Below are positions 35,189 to 44,845 of a stretch of 64,000 nucleotides of DNA, piece after piece. Location of the stretch: assembly GCA_043819795.1 (NCBI GenBank), contig JBDREN010000140.1:1-64000 (forward strand), given 5' to 3'. A program made the translations under genes and the position numbers. The stretch's first letter is position 1. Each line of letters starts with the position of its first letter. Under the pieces are notes generated by a model. That model saw nothing but the letters and a program-made list of their open reading frames with translations. It had not been told where the DNA came from and ran no database searches. Source of the DNA: Elusimicrobiota bacterium (GTDB lineage: Bacteria > Elusimicrobiota > Elusimicrobia > UBA1565).

Positions 35189-37872
35189 GAAACAAGTATT
35201 TCTGCCTCCACGCCCACTTCGACCTCCCCCCCCGGGAGAACCCATGGCTGGAGGAAACGGAGCCCGATCCGTCGGCGCTCCCCTACCGCGACGCTTTCGA
35301 GCGGGCCTTCCATGAATGCTACGGCCCGAACTCCGCCGCGGCGCTGCTCGACACCGAAGGGCGCGCCCTCGGCCACGTCAACAACTACGGGCGGATAAGC
35401 TTCGACTTCGGCCCGGAACTATTGGCCTGGATCGAACGGCACCAGAAGCGCGTCTACGCGCGGATCCTCGACGCCGACCGCGCAGGCCTGCGCGAGCACG
35501 GCGGCCACGGCAACGCCCTCGCCGCGCCTTACCCCTCTCTGATCCTTCCGCTGGCCTCGCTCGCGGACAAACGCGCGGCGGTCCGCTGGGGGCTCGACGA
35601 CTTCCAGCGGCGCTTCAGGCGGCGGCCCGAGGGCCTGTGGCTGCCGGAGAACGCCGTCGACGCCGAGACCCTCGAGGTGCTCATCGAGGCGGGTGTCCGC
35701 TTCACGCTCCTGCGCCCGGACCAAGCGGCCCGGGTCCGACCGGTCGGCTCCGACTCCGAGGCCGACTGGCTGGACGTGGCCCCTGAGACCTTGGACTCCA
35801 CGCGGCCTTACCGCTGGCGCTCCCGGGCCCGGAAGAAGCGCCATATCGACATCTTCTTCTATCGGACCGACCTCTCCCCGGCCGCCCTGCTGGGGCGGCT
35901 GCCCACGGCCGCCTCCCCGGGCCCGCCGGACACGAGGCAGGCCGCCTCAAGCCCTTCCGAGCGAGCCTTCGACCACGTGATCGAGGCGGGCCACAGGTTC
36001 GCGACCCGGATCGTCGACTCCTATACGGCCAACGACGCGGCCGAGCTTACGCACATCGCGCCGGACGGCGAATGGTTCGGGCTCCTCGCTCCGCGCGGCG
36101 AGCGGGCGCTCGCGGCCGCTCTCGACGCTCTCGAACGCGAAGGCCCGGCTCGCCGCGTCAGCTACGGCGAGTTCCTCGACCTCTTCCCGTCGCCCCAAGA
36201 AGTCGAGCTCAGGACCCTCAGCTCGCGCAGCTGCCCGCACGGGGTCGGCCGATGGAGCAACGACTGCGACTGCCGCTTCGCCCCCCCTCCCGCGCGCCCG
36301 GCAGGCTGGCGGGAGCCGTTGCGCGCCGCGCTCGATTGGCTCTCCGCCCGGCTCGACGAGCGCTTCGAGGCGCACGGCTCAAAGCTGTTCTCCTCGCCCG
36401 CGCGGGCCCGCGAGGCCTGCGGGGCGCTGGCCTTCACGACCGAGACCGGCGCGACCCAGCCATTCCTGGACGCCGAGTCGCTCCGCCATCCGCGGCCCGA
36501 CGAGGCGCGGCGGGCCATCGCCCTCTGCGAGATGCAGCGCTCGCGCCTCAAGATGTTCTGCCATTGGGGATGGGAGGACAACGACGTCTCCGGCCTCGGC
36601 CCGGTCCAGTCCCTGCTGGCCGCCGCCCGAGCATTGGACGTTCTCGGGGGGCTGGACGGGGAGCGCCGGCGAGCGGAGGACCTTGAGAAAGAGTTCCTAA
36701 AGCGACTCTCGAAATGCCCCTCCGACGGGTCTCCTTACCCGGACGCGGCCGCGGTCTATACCCGGGCCGTCGCGGCGGCGCGCGTCGACCTCGTGCGCGC
36801 CGCCGCGCACTACGCCGTGGCCGACCACCTCGCGCAGGCGCCCGCTCCGAGCCCGTTGGAGTCCCCGCCTCGCTTCCGGAGCATGCGGCACTCGGTGACG
36901 CCGCTGTGCCGCCGCGTCGTGAGGCCGGCGCGAAGCGCGGACCGCCGGAGCGAAGCGCTCAGCCTCTCGGTCAGCCGCGTCGCGATCCGCCGCCTCCGGA
37001 CCTTCGAGACGATCCACGCCTGCGCGGCGGTCCTGCACCGCGGGGGCACCGACATCGAATGCCGCGTGCTGCCCGGCGCGGAGACGGCCCGCTGCCGGGA
37101 TATCGCCGCGCGGCTCGATGCCGCTCTCCTTCGCGGAGCGGCCGAGGACGAGGCGGAGAGTTTCCGCGCCGTCGCCGACGAAGTCTTCGGACCGCGCCAC
37201 TTCACGCTGGACGCCCTGTTCCCGGCCGCGCGCCGCCAAGCGGCGCGCGGCCTGCTGCCGCGAGGCTCGGAGCCCCGGCGCAGGATCGATGAGAGATGGC
37301 GGGGAACTCTCCGGCGGCTCGCCCGCCTTCCGGCCGGGGAGGTCGCCAGCCGCCTGCGGGAGGCCGCGGACGCCGGGATCTCCCCGGACATGCTGCCCGG
37401 CGCCCATCTCGTGCGGGAATACGTCAAATTCTCGGCGTCCGCCTTCGCGGGCGACCCGGGGCCCGAGAAGCTGTCGATACTGCTGACGCTGCTGGAGGCC
37501 GCCGGTCGCTCGGGCCTCCGCCTCAACGTCTGGGAGCTGCAGGATCTCGGCCGGCAAGGGCTTGAACGCCTGCGCCCGGACGAGGACCCGGCGTCGACCC
37601 CGGCAGGGGAGCCGTGCCGGACGCCCTCGGGAGAGGCGCGGGCCGGCGCGGCGAAGCCCGGAGACGGACCCCGGCGCCTCGCCTCCGTCCTGGGCCTTTC
37701 GGAAGGCGTCTTCCTCCGGGCCCCCACACACGCGCAGGCGGACGAGGCTTCGACCCCGGCAGGGGCGCCGTGCCGGACGCCCTCAGGAGAGGCGCCGGCG
37801 GCAGGTGCGGCGTCGACCCCGGCTCGCCGTCAGGAGCCGGCCGGCGACGATACGGAGGGAAATCCATGGTGA
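35185..37872 (+). CDS. GH57/DUF3536-like glycoside hydrolase
   Basis: HAHFDLPPRENPW, ISFDFGPELL, GLWLPENAVD, DGEWFG, SCPHGVGRWSNDC; repeat insertions in the C-terminal tail. Confidence 0.8.
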   Translation: MRNKYFCLHAHFDLPPRENPWLEETEPDPSALPYRDAFERAFHECYGPNSAAALLDTEGRALGHVNNYGRISFDFGPELLAWIERHQKRVYARILDADRAGLREHGGHGNALAAPYPSLILPLASLADKRAAVRWGLDDFQRRFRRRPEGLWLPENAVDAETLEVLIEAGVRFTLLRPDQAARVRPVGSDSEADWLDVAPETLDSTRPYRWRSRARKKRHIDIFFYRTDLSPAALLGRLPTAASPGPPDTRQAASSPSERAFDHVIEAGHRFATRIVDSYTANDAAELTHIAPDGEWFGLLAPRGERALAAALDALEREGPARRVSYGEFLDLFPSPQEVELRTLSSRSCPHGVGRWSNDCDCRFAPPPARPAGWREPLRAALDWLSARLDERFEAHGSKLFSSPARAREACGALAFTTETGATQPFLDAESLRHPRPDEARRAIALCEMQRSRLKMFCHWGWEDNDVSGLGPVQSLLAAARALDVLGGLDGERRRAEDLEKEFLKRLSKCPSDGSPYPDAAAVYTRAVAAARVDLVRAAAHYAVADHLAQAPAPSPLESPPRFRSMRHSVTPLCRRVVRPARSADRRSEALSLSVSRVAIRRLRTFETIHACAAVLHRGGTDIECRVLPGAETARCRDIAARLDAALLRGAAEDEAESFRAVADEVFGPRHFTLDALFPAARRQAARGLLPRGSEPRRRIDERWRGTLRRLARLPAGEVASRLREAADAGISPDMLPGAHLVREYVKFSASAFAGDPGPEKLSILLTLLEAAGRSGLRLNVWELQDLGRQGLERLRPDEDPASTPAGEPCRTPSGEARAGAAKPGDGPRRLASVLGLSEGVFLRAPTHAQADEASTPAGAPCRTPSGEAPAAGAASTPARRQEPAGDDTEGNPW
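37589..37640 (+). repeat. 63-nt palindromic element copy (in frame)
   Basis: Encodes ASTPAGEPCRTPSGEA. Confidence 0.85.
37747..37823 (+). repeat. 63-nt palindromic element, ~1.2 units (in frame)
   Basis: Encodes ASTPAGAPCRTPSGEAPAAGAASTPA. Confidence 0.85.
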
Positions 37873-38822
37873 CCCGAAAACTCAAGCTCGCTAACGATCA
37901 GGAGGCGCTGCTGCTCCTTGGAGAGCAGGACAGCTACCTTCGCCGCCTCGAGCGGGAGCACGGCGTCGAGGTGTTCGTCCGCCACGAGCCCGAGGGGAAG
38001 CAGCTCCACCTCTCGGTCCGCGGGACGTCGTCGAAGGTCGTGAAGGCCCTCAAGATGCTCAAGGAACGCCTCGATCAGATCCGCTCGGGCGCGGGCCCGG
38101 TCGACGAAGCCGCCGGCCCGCTCCCATTTCCGGTGGAAAGCGCGCCGCCGCCCCGGGACGCCGTCTTCGTGACCTCCTACGGAAAGGCGATCCAGCCCCG
38201 CGGCCCCCGTCAGAGGCAGTACATCGAGTCGATCACGGCCGGGGACATGACCATCGCGATCGGGCCGGCCGGCACCGGCAAGACGTTCCTGGCCGTCGCC
38301 TGCGCGCTGCGCGCGCTCAAGGCCCGCGAGGTCTCGAGGATCATCCTGACCCGGCCGGTGGTGGAAGCCGGGGAGAAGCTGGGATTCCTGCCCGGAGACT
38401 TCTACGAGAAGGTCAGCCCCTACCTCAAGCCGCTCTACGACTCGTTCTACACGTGCCTCGGCCCCGACAAGTTCCGCATGTGGCGCGACGACGAGATCAT
38501 CGAGGTCGTGCCGCTCGCCTACATGCGCGGCCGCACGCTCGACAACGCCTTCATCATCCTCGACGAGGCCCAGAACACGTCTATCGGGCAAATGAAGATG
38601 TTCCTGACGCGCATGGGCACCGGTTCGCGCGTCGTGGTGACGGGCGACGTCACCCAGATCGATTTGGAGAACCCCCGGCGCTCGGGCCTGGTAATCGTCG
38701 AAAAGATCTTCCGGAACGTGAAGCCGGTGTCGTTCATTCACTTCCTCGACGAGGACGTCGTCCGGCATCCCCTCGTCCGGCAGATCATAAAAGCCTTCGA
38801 CCAATGGGAGAAGCACCGGTGA
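37866..38822 (+). CDS. phoH: PhoH family ATPase (YbeZ)
   Basis: GPAGTGKT, RPVVEAGEKLGFLPG, PLAYMRGRTL, DEAQN, VVRHPLV. Confidence 0.95.
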   Translation: MVTRKLKLANDQEALLLLGEQDSYLRRLEREHGVEVFVRHEPEGKQLHLSVRGTSSKVVKALKMLKERLDQIRSGAGPVDEAAGPLPFPVESAPPPRDAVFVTSYGKAIQPRGPRQRQYIESITAGDMTIAIGPAGTGKTFLAVACALRALKAREVSRIILTRPVVEAGEKLGFLPGDFYEKVSPYLKPLYDSFYTCLGPDKFRMWRDDEIIEVVPLAYMRGRTLDNAFIILDEAQNTSIGQMKMFLTRMGTGSRVVVTGDVTQIDLENPRRSGLVIVEKIFRNVKPVSFIHFLDEDVVRHPLVRQIIKAFDQWEKHR

Positions 38823-38995
38823 TCCCTTCCGCTTCGGGGGGTTCAGCGAGGCGTCGCCCGCAGGGCGAAAGCCGAGCGCCGACGAAACGGGGGGAGAGCA
38901 GCCCCCCTTGGAGAGCGCCGAGCGGAGGGAGGAACCTTTCGCAGCGAGGGGCATGTTCGCCGAAGGCGAACGTAACCTCCGGCCTCATGGCCGGA
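38823..38995. repeat. Multi-hairpin structured intergenic element (MITE/REP-like)
   Basis: Outer stem 38823-38837 with 38918-38930; hairpins TCGCCC-GCA-GGGCGA, G6...C6, GTTCGCC-GAA-GGCGAAC, TCCGGCC-TCAT-GGCCGGA. Confidence 0.6.
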
Positions 38996-39018
38996 CGCGA
39001 CAAAGGGGAAAAGCACCG

Positions 39019-39624
39019 ATGAACATTCTCCTGTCAGGCGCCGACCGCATGAAACCGGCCGAGCGCCGCCTCATCGAGCGGGCGGTTCGCGCGGCGCTCG
39101 GGCCTCGGGGGCGTCGCCGCGGAGAGCTCTGCGTGATCCTCATCGACGACCGCGGCATCCGCCGGATCAACAAGCGCTTCCTGGGCCGCGACAGCGTCAC
39201 CGACGTGATCTCTTTTCCTTACACGGACGACCGCCCCAAACAAACGCGCGCGCGATCCGGCGGGGGCAGGTCCCGCATGAAGGATTCGCCCCCCCAATTC
39301 ATCGCGCCCCCCCGCGGGGGGGGCGCGGACATGCCTTTCGGCGACATCTTCATCGCGCGGGGCGCGGCGCGGCGCCAAGCGCGCGCGATGGGCCATTCGC
39401 CGCTCACGGAGATCCTGACCCTTGCGGTCCACGGCGCGCTCCACCTCGTCGGCTACGACCACCGCCGGCCGGCCGACGCGCGCCGGATGCTCGCCCGCCA
39501 GGAGCGGATCGTGCGGAGATTGTCGCCCGACCCGGCGTCGACCCCGGCAGGGGCGCCGTGCCGGACGCCCTCGGGAAAGGCGTCGGCGGCAGGTGCGGCC
39601 CATGGGAAGAAGAAAAAGACATAA
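39019..39624 (+). CDS. ybeY: rRNA maturation endoribonuclease YbeY
   Basis: INKRFLGRDSVTDVISFP, GDIFI, HGALHLVGYDH; follows phoH. Confidence 0.93.
   Translation: MNILLSGADRMKPAERRLIERAVRAALGPRGRRRGELCVILIDDRGIRRINKRFLGRDSVTDVISFPYTDDRPKQTRARSGGGRSRMKDSPPQFIAPPRGGGADMPFGDIFIARGAARRQARAMGHSPLTEILTLAVHGALHLVGYDHRRPADARRMLARQERIVRRLSPDPASTPAGAPCRTPSGKASAAGAAHGKKKKT
39535..39599 (+). repeat. 63-nt palindromic element copy in the ybeY 3' end
   Basis: Encodes ASTPAGAPCRTPSGKASAAGAA. Confidence 0.9.
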
Positions 39625-41572
39625 GGGGCCGCCCCCAGACGAGCAAGCCGGTACGGCGTCGGCGGCAGGTGCGGCGTCGACCCCGGCAGGGGCGCCGTGC
39701 CGGACGCCCTCAGGAAAGGCGTCGGCGGCAGGTGCGGCGTCGACCCCGGCAGGGGCGCCGTGCCGGACGCCCTCAGGAAAGGCGTCGGCGGCAGGTGCGG
39801 CCGCGCCGGATACGGACGCTATCGGCCCGGCGCATCCCCTCGCGGACGCGGCATGGACCGTACTCTGGTGCCTGACCTTCCTGGCGCTGGCCGTCGTCCC
39901 GGACCAGAAGATCCTGCGTTACAAGATGCTGGCCGTCGAGGCCGGCCTCGCGGCGGTCATGGCGGCGGTGCTGTCCTCCTGGATCGCCGCGCGCCGCCCG
40001 TCGTGGATCCGCACCCCGCTCGACCTCCCGATGGCGCTCTTCGCCGCCGGAGGGATCCTCTTCTACTGGCTTTCGCCCGAGCGGGGCGCCTCCTCCCTGG
40101 AGCTGACGCGGATCCTCTTTTCGGCGGCCGCGTTCTTCACGGCCTCGCAGACCATTCCGCGACTGAGAGCGCCCGAGCGCGTCACGGCCTTCTGGGGAGT
40201 GACGGCGGGACTCCTGGGCCTCTACACCCTCCTCCAGGTCCGCGGGGGCGTCTGGATACTCATGGTCCCCAAGCTCGAGCGCCCGATCGCCACGTTCGGC
40301 AACCCCATCTTCCTCGCCGCGTACCTCTCCGCGTCGCTCGTCGCCCTCATCGGCCTTGCGGCGTCGACCCCGGCAGGGGCGCCTCGCGGCAAGCTCAGGC
40401 CCCTGCTCTGGCTGTGCGCCGCGCTCGCGGCCGCCGGCCTTCTGGCCACGCAGACACGCGCCGCGCTGGCCGGGCTCGGCGCCGCGGCCGGGCTCGCCGT
40501 CGTGCTCGTGCTGCCCGGGCGCAGGCGCTGGCTCGCGATGGGCGCCGTCGTCGCCCTGCTGGCTCTGGCGGCTTGGGGGTTCCGGGGCCGCCAGTGGACG
40601 CACGGGCTCATATGGAAGGATACGCTGTCTTTGTGGCTGGCCCATCCCTGGCTCGGATGCGGCTTGGGGCGCTTCCACATCGAGTTCCCGGCCCACGCTT
40701 CCGAGGCTTTGCGCGCGCTCTGGCCCGAGCGGAAGGTCATCATCAATTTCGCCCACAACGAATACCTGCAGGTCCTCGCCGAGACCGGGATCGTCGGCTT
40801 CGCGCTGCTGGCCGGCGTCTTCGTAACCGCCCTACTCTGGCTCGCCCGGACCTGGAAGCGGACGGCCGGCAGGGCTCGCATGGACCTCCACGCGGGGGGG
40901 CTCGCCTTCGCGGCGATCGCGCTGCTCGCCCAGAACGTGTTCTCTCCGGACATCCGCTTCGGCGTCTCGTCCTTCGTCGTGTTCTTCTGCCTCGGCGCGG
41001 CCACCGGCGGCGGCGGGAGGCAGGTCCCGCTGCCGGCCTTCCCCGGACGATTCGGCTGCGCCGCGGCGGGCGCCGCGTTCCTCTTCGTCTGGGGTCGGAT
41101 GGCCGTCCAGCCGATGCTGGCTTACCGCCGGCTCAGCCGCGAGCCCGGCTTCCACGTCCAAAGCTCGGGGCAGCTCGGCAAGGCCCTCCGCGACCTGGAG
41201 GCGAAGCTCGTCGCCCACCCGGACGACGCCGATATCGCGGAGAACCTGGCCTACCTCTACGCAAAGAAGAAGAGCTGGCCCCAGGCGATCTCCCGCTTCG
41301 AGGTGGCCGCACGCCTCGCTCCGGAGCGTCCGGGCCCCCTCAACAACCTCGGCAATATCCACTACTCGCTCGGCGACCGGGAGAAGGCGATCGTCCACTG
41401 GCAGCGGTCGCTCGTGATCGACCCGGGACAGATAGACGCCCATTTGAACCTGGGGAAGGCGCTCTACGAGGTCGGCAGGCTCAAGGGATCCGCCGAGCAC
41501 ATCCAGCACGTCCTCGAGCGGGAGCCGGCCAACGAGAAGGCGCAGATACTGCTCAAGAAGATGATAGAATAG
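39602..41572 (+). CDS. O-antigen ligase-family membrane protein with C-terminal TPRs
   Basis: ATFGNPIFLA, TQTRAA, PWLGCGLGRF, AHNEYLQVLAETGIVG; TPR motifs (LNNLGNIHY, AHLNLGKALY). Confidence 0.85.
   Translation: MGRRKRHKGPPPDEQAGTASAAGAASTPAGAPCRTPSGKASAAGAASTPAGAPCRTPSGKASAAGAAAPDTDAIGPAHPLADAAWTVLWCLTFLALAVVPDQKILRYKMLAVEAGLAAVMAAVLSSWIAARRPSWIRTPLDLPMALFAAGGILFYWLSPERGASSLELTRILFSAAAFFTASQTIPRLRAPERVTAFWGVTAGLLGLYTLLQVRGGVWILMVPKLERPIATFGNPIFLAAYLSASLVALIGLAASTPAGAPRGKLRPLLWLCAALAAAGLLATQTRAALAGLGAAAGLAVVLVLPGRRRWLAMGAVVALLALAAWGFRGRQWTHGLIWKDTLSLWLAHPWLGCGLGRFHIEFPAHASEALRALWPERKVIINFAHNEYLQVLAETGIVGFALLAGVFVTALLWLARTWKRTAGRARMDLHAGGLAFAAIALLAQNVFSPDIRFGVSSFVVFFCLGAATGGGGRQVPLPAFPGRFGCAAAGAAFLFVWGRMAVQPMLAYRRLSREPGFHVQSSGQLGKALRDLEAKLVAHPDDADIAENLAYLYAKKKSWPQAISRFEVAARLAPERPGPLNNLGNIHYSLGDREKAIVHWQRSLVIDPGQIDAHLNLGKALYEVGRLKGSAEHIQHVLEREPANEKAQILLKKMIE
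39655..39801 (+). repeat. Tandem 63-nt palindromic element (~2.3 units, in frame)
   Basis: GCGTCGA at 39674 and 39737 (period 63 nt = 21 aa). Confidence 0.92.
40357..40383 (+). repeat. Partial palindromic element (first hairpin) inside the ligase gene
   Basis: TGCGGCGTCGACCCCGGCAGGGGCGCC, encodes AASTPAGAP between TM helices. Confidence 0.8.
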
Positions 41573-41655
41573 GCTGACCCTGACCGCCCCCCCACCCGTA
41601 AGGACCGCGCTTGGGCGGGTCGAATGGGTCAAAATGTTATAATCGGAAATCTCCG

Positions 41656-44184
41656 ATGACCGACGAGCTAATTCCCTTTTCCGACATCGAGACCAAATGG
41701 CAGGAACGCTGGCGCGAGGCGGGCGTCTTCAAGACGCCCGAAGAGCCGTCCCGCGAAAAGAAGTTCTACTGCCTCGACATGTTCCCCTATCCCTCGGCAG
41801 ACGGCCTCCACGTGGGGCACCCGGAGGGCTACACGGCCACCGACATCCTCTGCCGCTACAAACGGATGCGCGGCCTCGAGGTCCTGCATCCCATGGGCTG
41901 GGACGCCTTCGGTCTCCCGGCCGAGAATTTCGCGATCCAGACGGGCACGCATCCGCGGGAGGTCACCGAACGGAACGTCAAGAACTTCCGGCGGCAGATC
42001 CAGTCTTTGGGCTTCAGCTACGACTGGGACCGGGAGATCGACACGACGGACCCGGAGTACTACCGCTGGACGCAGTGGATCTTCCTGCAGCTCTACAAGA
42101 AGGGGCTCGCCTACGAGAGCACCATCCCGATCAACTGGTGCCCCTCCTGCAAGACCGGCCTGGCCAACGAGGAGGTCTTCGGGGGCGCCTGCGAGCGCTG
42201 CGGCACTTCGGTCGAGCGCCGCGACATGCGGCAGTGGCTCCTGAAGATCACCGCCTACGCCGAGCGGCTCCTGGCCGATCTCGAGAGTCTCGACTGGCCC
42301 GAGTCCACGCTGGCGATGCAGCGCAACTGGATCGGCCGCTCGGAGGGGGCCGAGGTCGCTTTCACGATAGGGGAGCACAAGGTCACGGTCTTCACGACCC
42401 GGCCCGACACCCTGTACGGCGCCACGTACATGGTGCTCGCTCCGGAGCACCCCCTCGTCGGCAGGATCACCGACCCGTCCTTCAAGCGGAGGGTGGACGC
42501 CTACGTCGAAGAGGCGCGGGTTAAGTCCGATATCGAGCGGACCGAGACCACGCGTACCAAAACGGGGGTCCCGACCGGCGCCATGGCGGTCAACCCGGTC
42601 AACGGCAGGAAGATCCCGGTCTGGATCGCCGACTATGTCCTCGCCAGCTACGGCACCGGCGCGATCATGGCCGTCCCGTCCCACGACCAGCGCGACTTCG
42701 AGTTCGCAACGAAATTCGAGCTCTCGATGCGGAAGGTCGTCGAGCCCCCGAAGGATGCCCTGGAGGCCCGGCCGGACCTCTTCACGGACGCGGCTTTCAC
42801 AGAGGACGGCACGGCCGTGAACTCGGAGGTGATCGACGGCCTGCCCACCCCGAAGGCCAAGGAAAGGATGATCGCCCACCTCGAGGAGAAGGGCATCGGG
42901 CGACGGGCCATCTCCTACCGGCTGCGGGACTGGGTATTCTCCCGCCAGCGCTACTGGGGGGAGCCGATCCCCATCGTCCATTGCGCATGCTGCGGGGAGG
43001 TTCCGGTTCCGGAGACGGAGCTGCCGGTGCTGCTTCCCGACGTCAGGCACTACAAGCCCACGGGCACCGGGGAGTCGCCCCTGGCCGAGGTCCGGGTCTG
43101 GGTCAACACCGACTGCCCGAAGTGCGGCGGCCACGCCCGGCGCGAGACGAACACGATGCCGCAATGGGCCGGCTCGTGCTGGTACTACCTGCGCTTCCTC
43201 GACCCCACGAACAGCGTCGAGCCCTGGGGCTCCGAGGTCGAGAAGGGCTGGATGCCGGTGGACTGCTACGTCGGCGGGGCCGAGCACGCGGTGCTGCATC
43301 TGCTCTACGCCCGGTTTTGGCACAAGGTGCTCTACGATCTGGGATTCGTCTCGACCAAGGAGCCGTTCCAGAAGCTCCGGCACCAGGGGATGATCCTCTC
43401 GCACTCCTATCGCGACAGCCGCGGGGCGTACCACCACTACGACGCCATCGCGCAACGCGAGGACGGGAAGGCTATCCTGCGGACGACCGGCGAGACGCTC
43501 GTCGCCCAGGTCGAGAAGATGTCGAAATCCAAGAAGAACGTCGTCAACCCCGACGAGGTCCTCGCCCGCTACGGGGCCGACGTATTCCGCCTCTACGAGA
43601 TGTTCATGGGGCCCTTCGCGGATTCCAAGCCCTGGGACATGCGCGACATCGTCGGCCGCGTCCGCTTCGTCCGCAGGGTCTGGTCCCTCTTCCAGGACCC
43701 GAAGGCCCTCGCCGACGGGGAGGGCCTCGTCGGCCCGCGCCACCGCACGATCAAGAAGGTGTCGGAGGATATCGAAGGCCTGCGCTTGAACACGGCCATA
43801 AGCGCCCTCGACATTTACCTCAACGAGATCCAGGGCCAGAAGACGCCGGCCCGAGCCGACGCCGAGGCGTTCCTGACCCTGCTCAACCCCTTCGCCCCCC
43901 ACATCACCGAAGAGCTCTGGGAGCGGATCGGCAACAAGCCGTTCCTCTCGGTCCGCCGGTGGCCGGAGCACGACCCGAAGCACCTGCGAGAGGCCTCCGT
44001 GGAGATCGCCGTGCAGGTCAACGGCAAGGTGCGCGGGCGGGTGGAGGTCCCCGCGAACGCCTCGAAAGAGGCTCTGGAGCGGGCCGCGCTCGAGCATCCC
44101 AAGGTGAAGGAAGCCGCCTCGAACCGCAACGTGGTCAAGGTCGTGGTCGTGCCGAAAAGGCTGGTGAACGTGGTGATCAAGTAG
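41656..44184 (+). CDS. leuS: Leucine--tRNA ligase
   Basis: [44 protein letters not shown] upstream. Confidence 0.97.
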   Translation: MTDELIPFSDIETKWQERWREAGVFKTPEEPSREKKFYCLDMFPYPSADGLHVGHPEGYTATDILCRYKRMRGLEVLHPMGWDAFGLPAENFAIQTGTHPREVTERNVKNFRRQIQSLGFSYDWDREIDTTDPEYYRWTQWIFLQLYKKGLAYESTIPINWCPSCKTGLANEEVFGGACERCGTSVERRDMRQWLLKITAYAERLLADLESLDWPESTLAMQRNWIGRSEGAEVAFTIGEHKVTVFTTRPDTLYGATYMVLAPEHPLVGRITDPSFKRRVDAYVEEARVKSDIERTETTRTKTGVPTGAMAVNPVNGRKIPVWIADYVLASYGTGAIMAVPSHDQRDFEFATKFELSMRKVVEPPKDALEARPDLFTDAAFTEDGTAVNSEVIDGLPTPKAKERMIAHLEEKGIGRRAISYRLRDWVFSRQRYWGEPIPIVHCACCGEVPVPETELPVLLPDVRHYKPTGTGESPLAEVRVWVNTDCPKCGGHARRETNTMPQWAGSCWYYLRFLDPTNSVEPWGSEVEKGWMPVDCYVGGAEHAVLHLLYARFWHKVLYDLGFVSTKEPFQKLRHQGMILSHSYRDSRGAYHHYDAIAQREDGKAILRTTGETLVAQVEKMSKSKKNVVNPDEVLARYGADVFRLYEMFMGPFADSKPWDMRDIVGRVRFVRRVWSLFQDPKALADGEGLVGPRHRTIKKVSEDIEGLRLNTAISALDIYLNEIQGQKTPARADAEAFLTLLNPFAPHITEELWERIGNKPFLSVRRWPEHDPKHLREASVEIAVQVNGKVRGRVEVPANASKEALERAALEHPKVKEAASNRNVVKVVVVPKRLVNVVIK

Positions 44185-44207
44185 AAAAACGCGAGAGGAA
44201 GATCCGA

Positions 44208-44840
44208 ATGAAACGACTAGCAGGCCGCCTCCGGATCTTGATCGTCCTCTGCTCCGCCGGCCTGCTGAGCTCCTGCGGCGGATCCGAGGTCATCTACAAG
44301 CCCTCCCATCAGATCCTGCCCGCCCACATCCGCCGGATAGCCGTCCGGCCCGTCGTCAACAAGACCCAGCAGTTCGGGCTGGAGGACAAGCTGACGCTGC
44401 GCATCCGCGACGAGTTCCTGCGCAACGGGCAATACCGCATCCTGCCGGAGAACCTCGCCGACGGCGTCGTGGCCGTGACGGTCACGCGCTATATCCTGAC
44501 GCCCACGCAGTACGACTCGGTCCTAGCCCCCACGGCCTACAAGCTCCTCGTGCTCGCCGACCTCCAGTTCATCAACCGGCACGACAACACCATCCTCTGG
44601 ACCGAGCCCAGCCTCGACGGCATACAGAACTTCACGGCTCCGACCCTGGCGGGCGGCATCACCGAAGAGCAGGCGCGGGAGCTGATCTGGGACACGCTCG
44701 CCCGGGACATCGTCACCCGGACCGTCGATGGGTTCGGCTCCGTGACGGGCGTCTCCCAACGCGAGATCAGCGGCCAGGCGCCGCCGAACCAGCCGGCTCC
44801 GCTGCTCCGGGGCAAGCCGATCAATCCCGCCCCCTACTGA
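44208..44840 (+). CDS. lptE: LPS assembly lipoprotein LptE-like
   Basis: Lipobox LSSC; LPAHIRRIAV..VVNKT; conserved leuS-lptE-holA position. Confidence 0.75.
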   Translation: MKRLAGRLRILIVLCSAGLLSSCGGSEVIYKPSHQILPAHIRRIAVRPVVNKTQQFGLEDKLTLRIRDEFLRNGQYRILPENLADGVVAVTVTRYILTPTQYDSVLAPTAYKLLVLADLQFINRHDNTILWTEPSLDGIQNFTAPTLAGGITEEQARELIWDTLARDIVTRTVDGFGSVTGVSQREISGQAPPNQPAPLLRGKPINPAPY

Positions 44841-44845
44841 TCGGC

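Noticed and set aside
39655..39801. CRISPR array
   Set aside because: Units are head-to-tail with no unique spacers, lie inside an ORF, and no cas genes are present.
41575..41631. T-box riboswitch upstream of leuS
   Set aside because: Only a short hairpin with no T-box motif, and the -10 element lies downstream of it.
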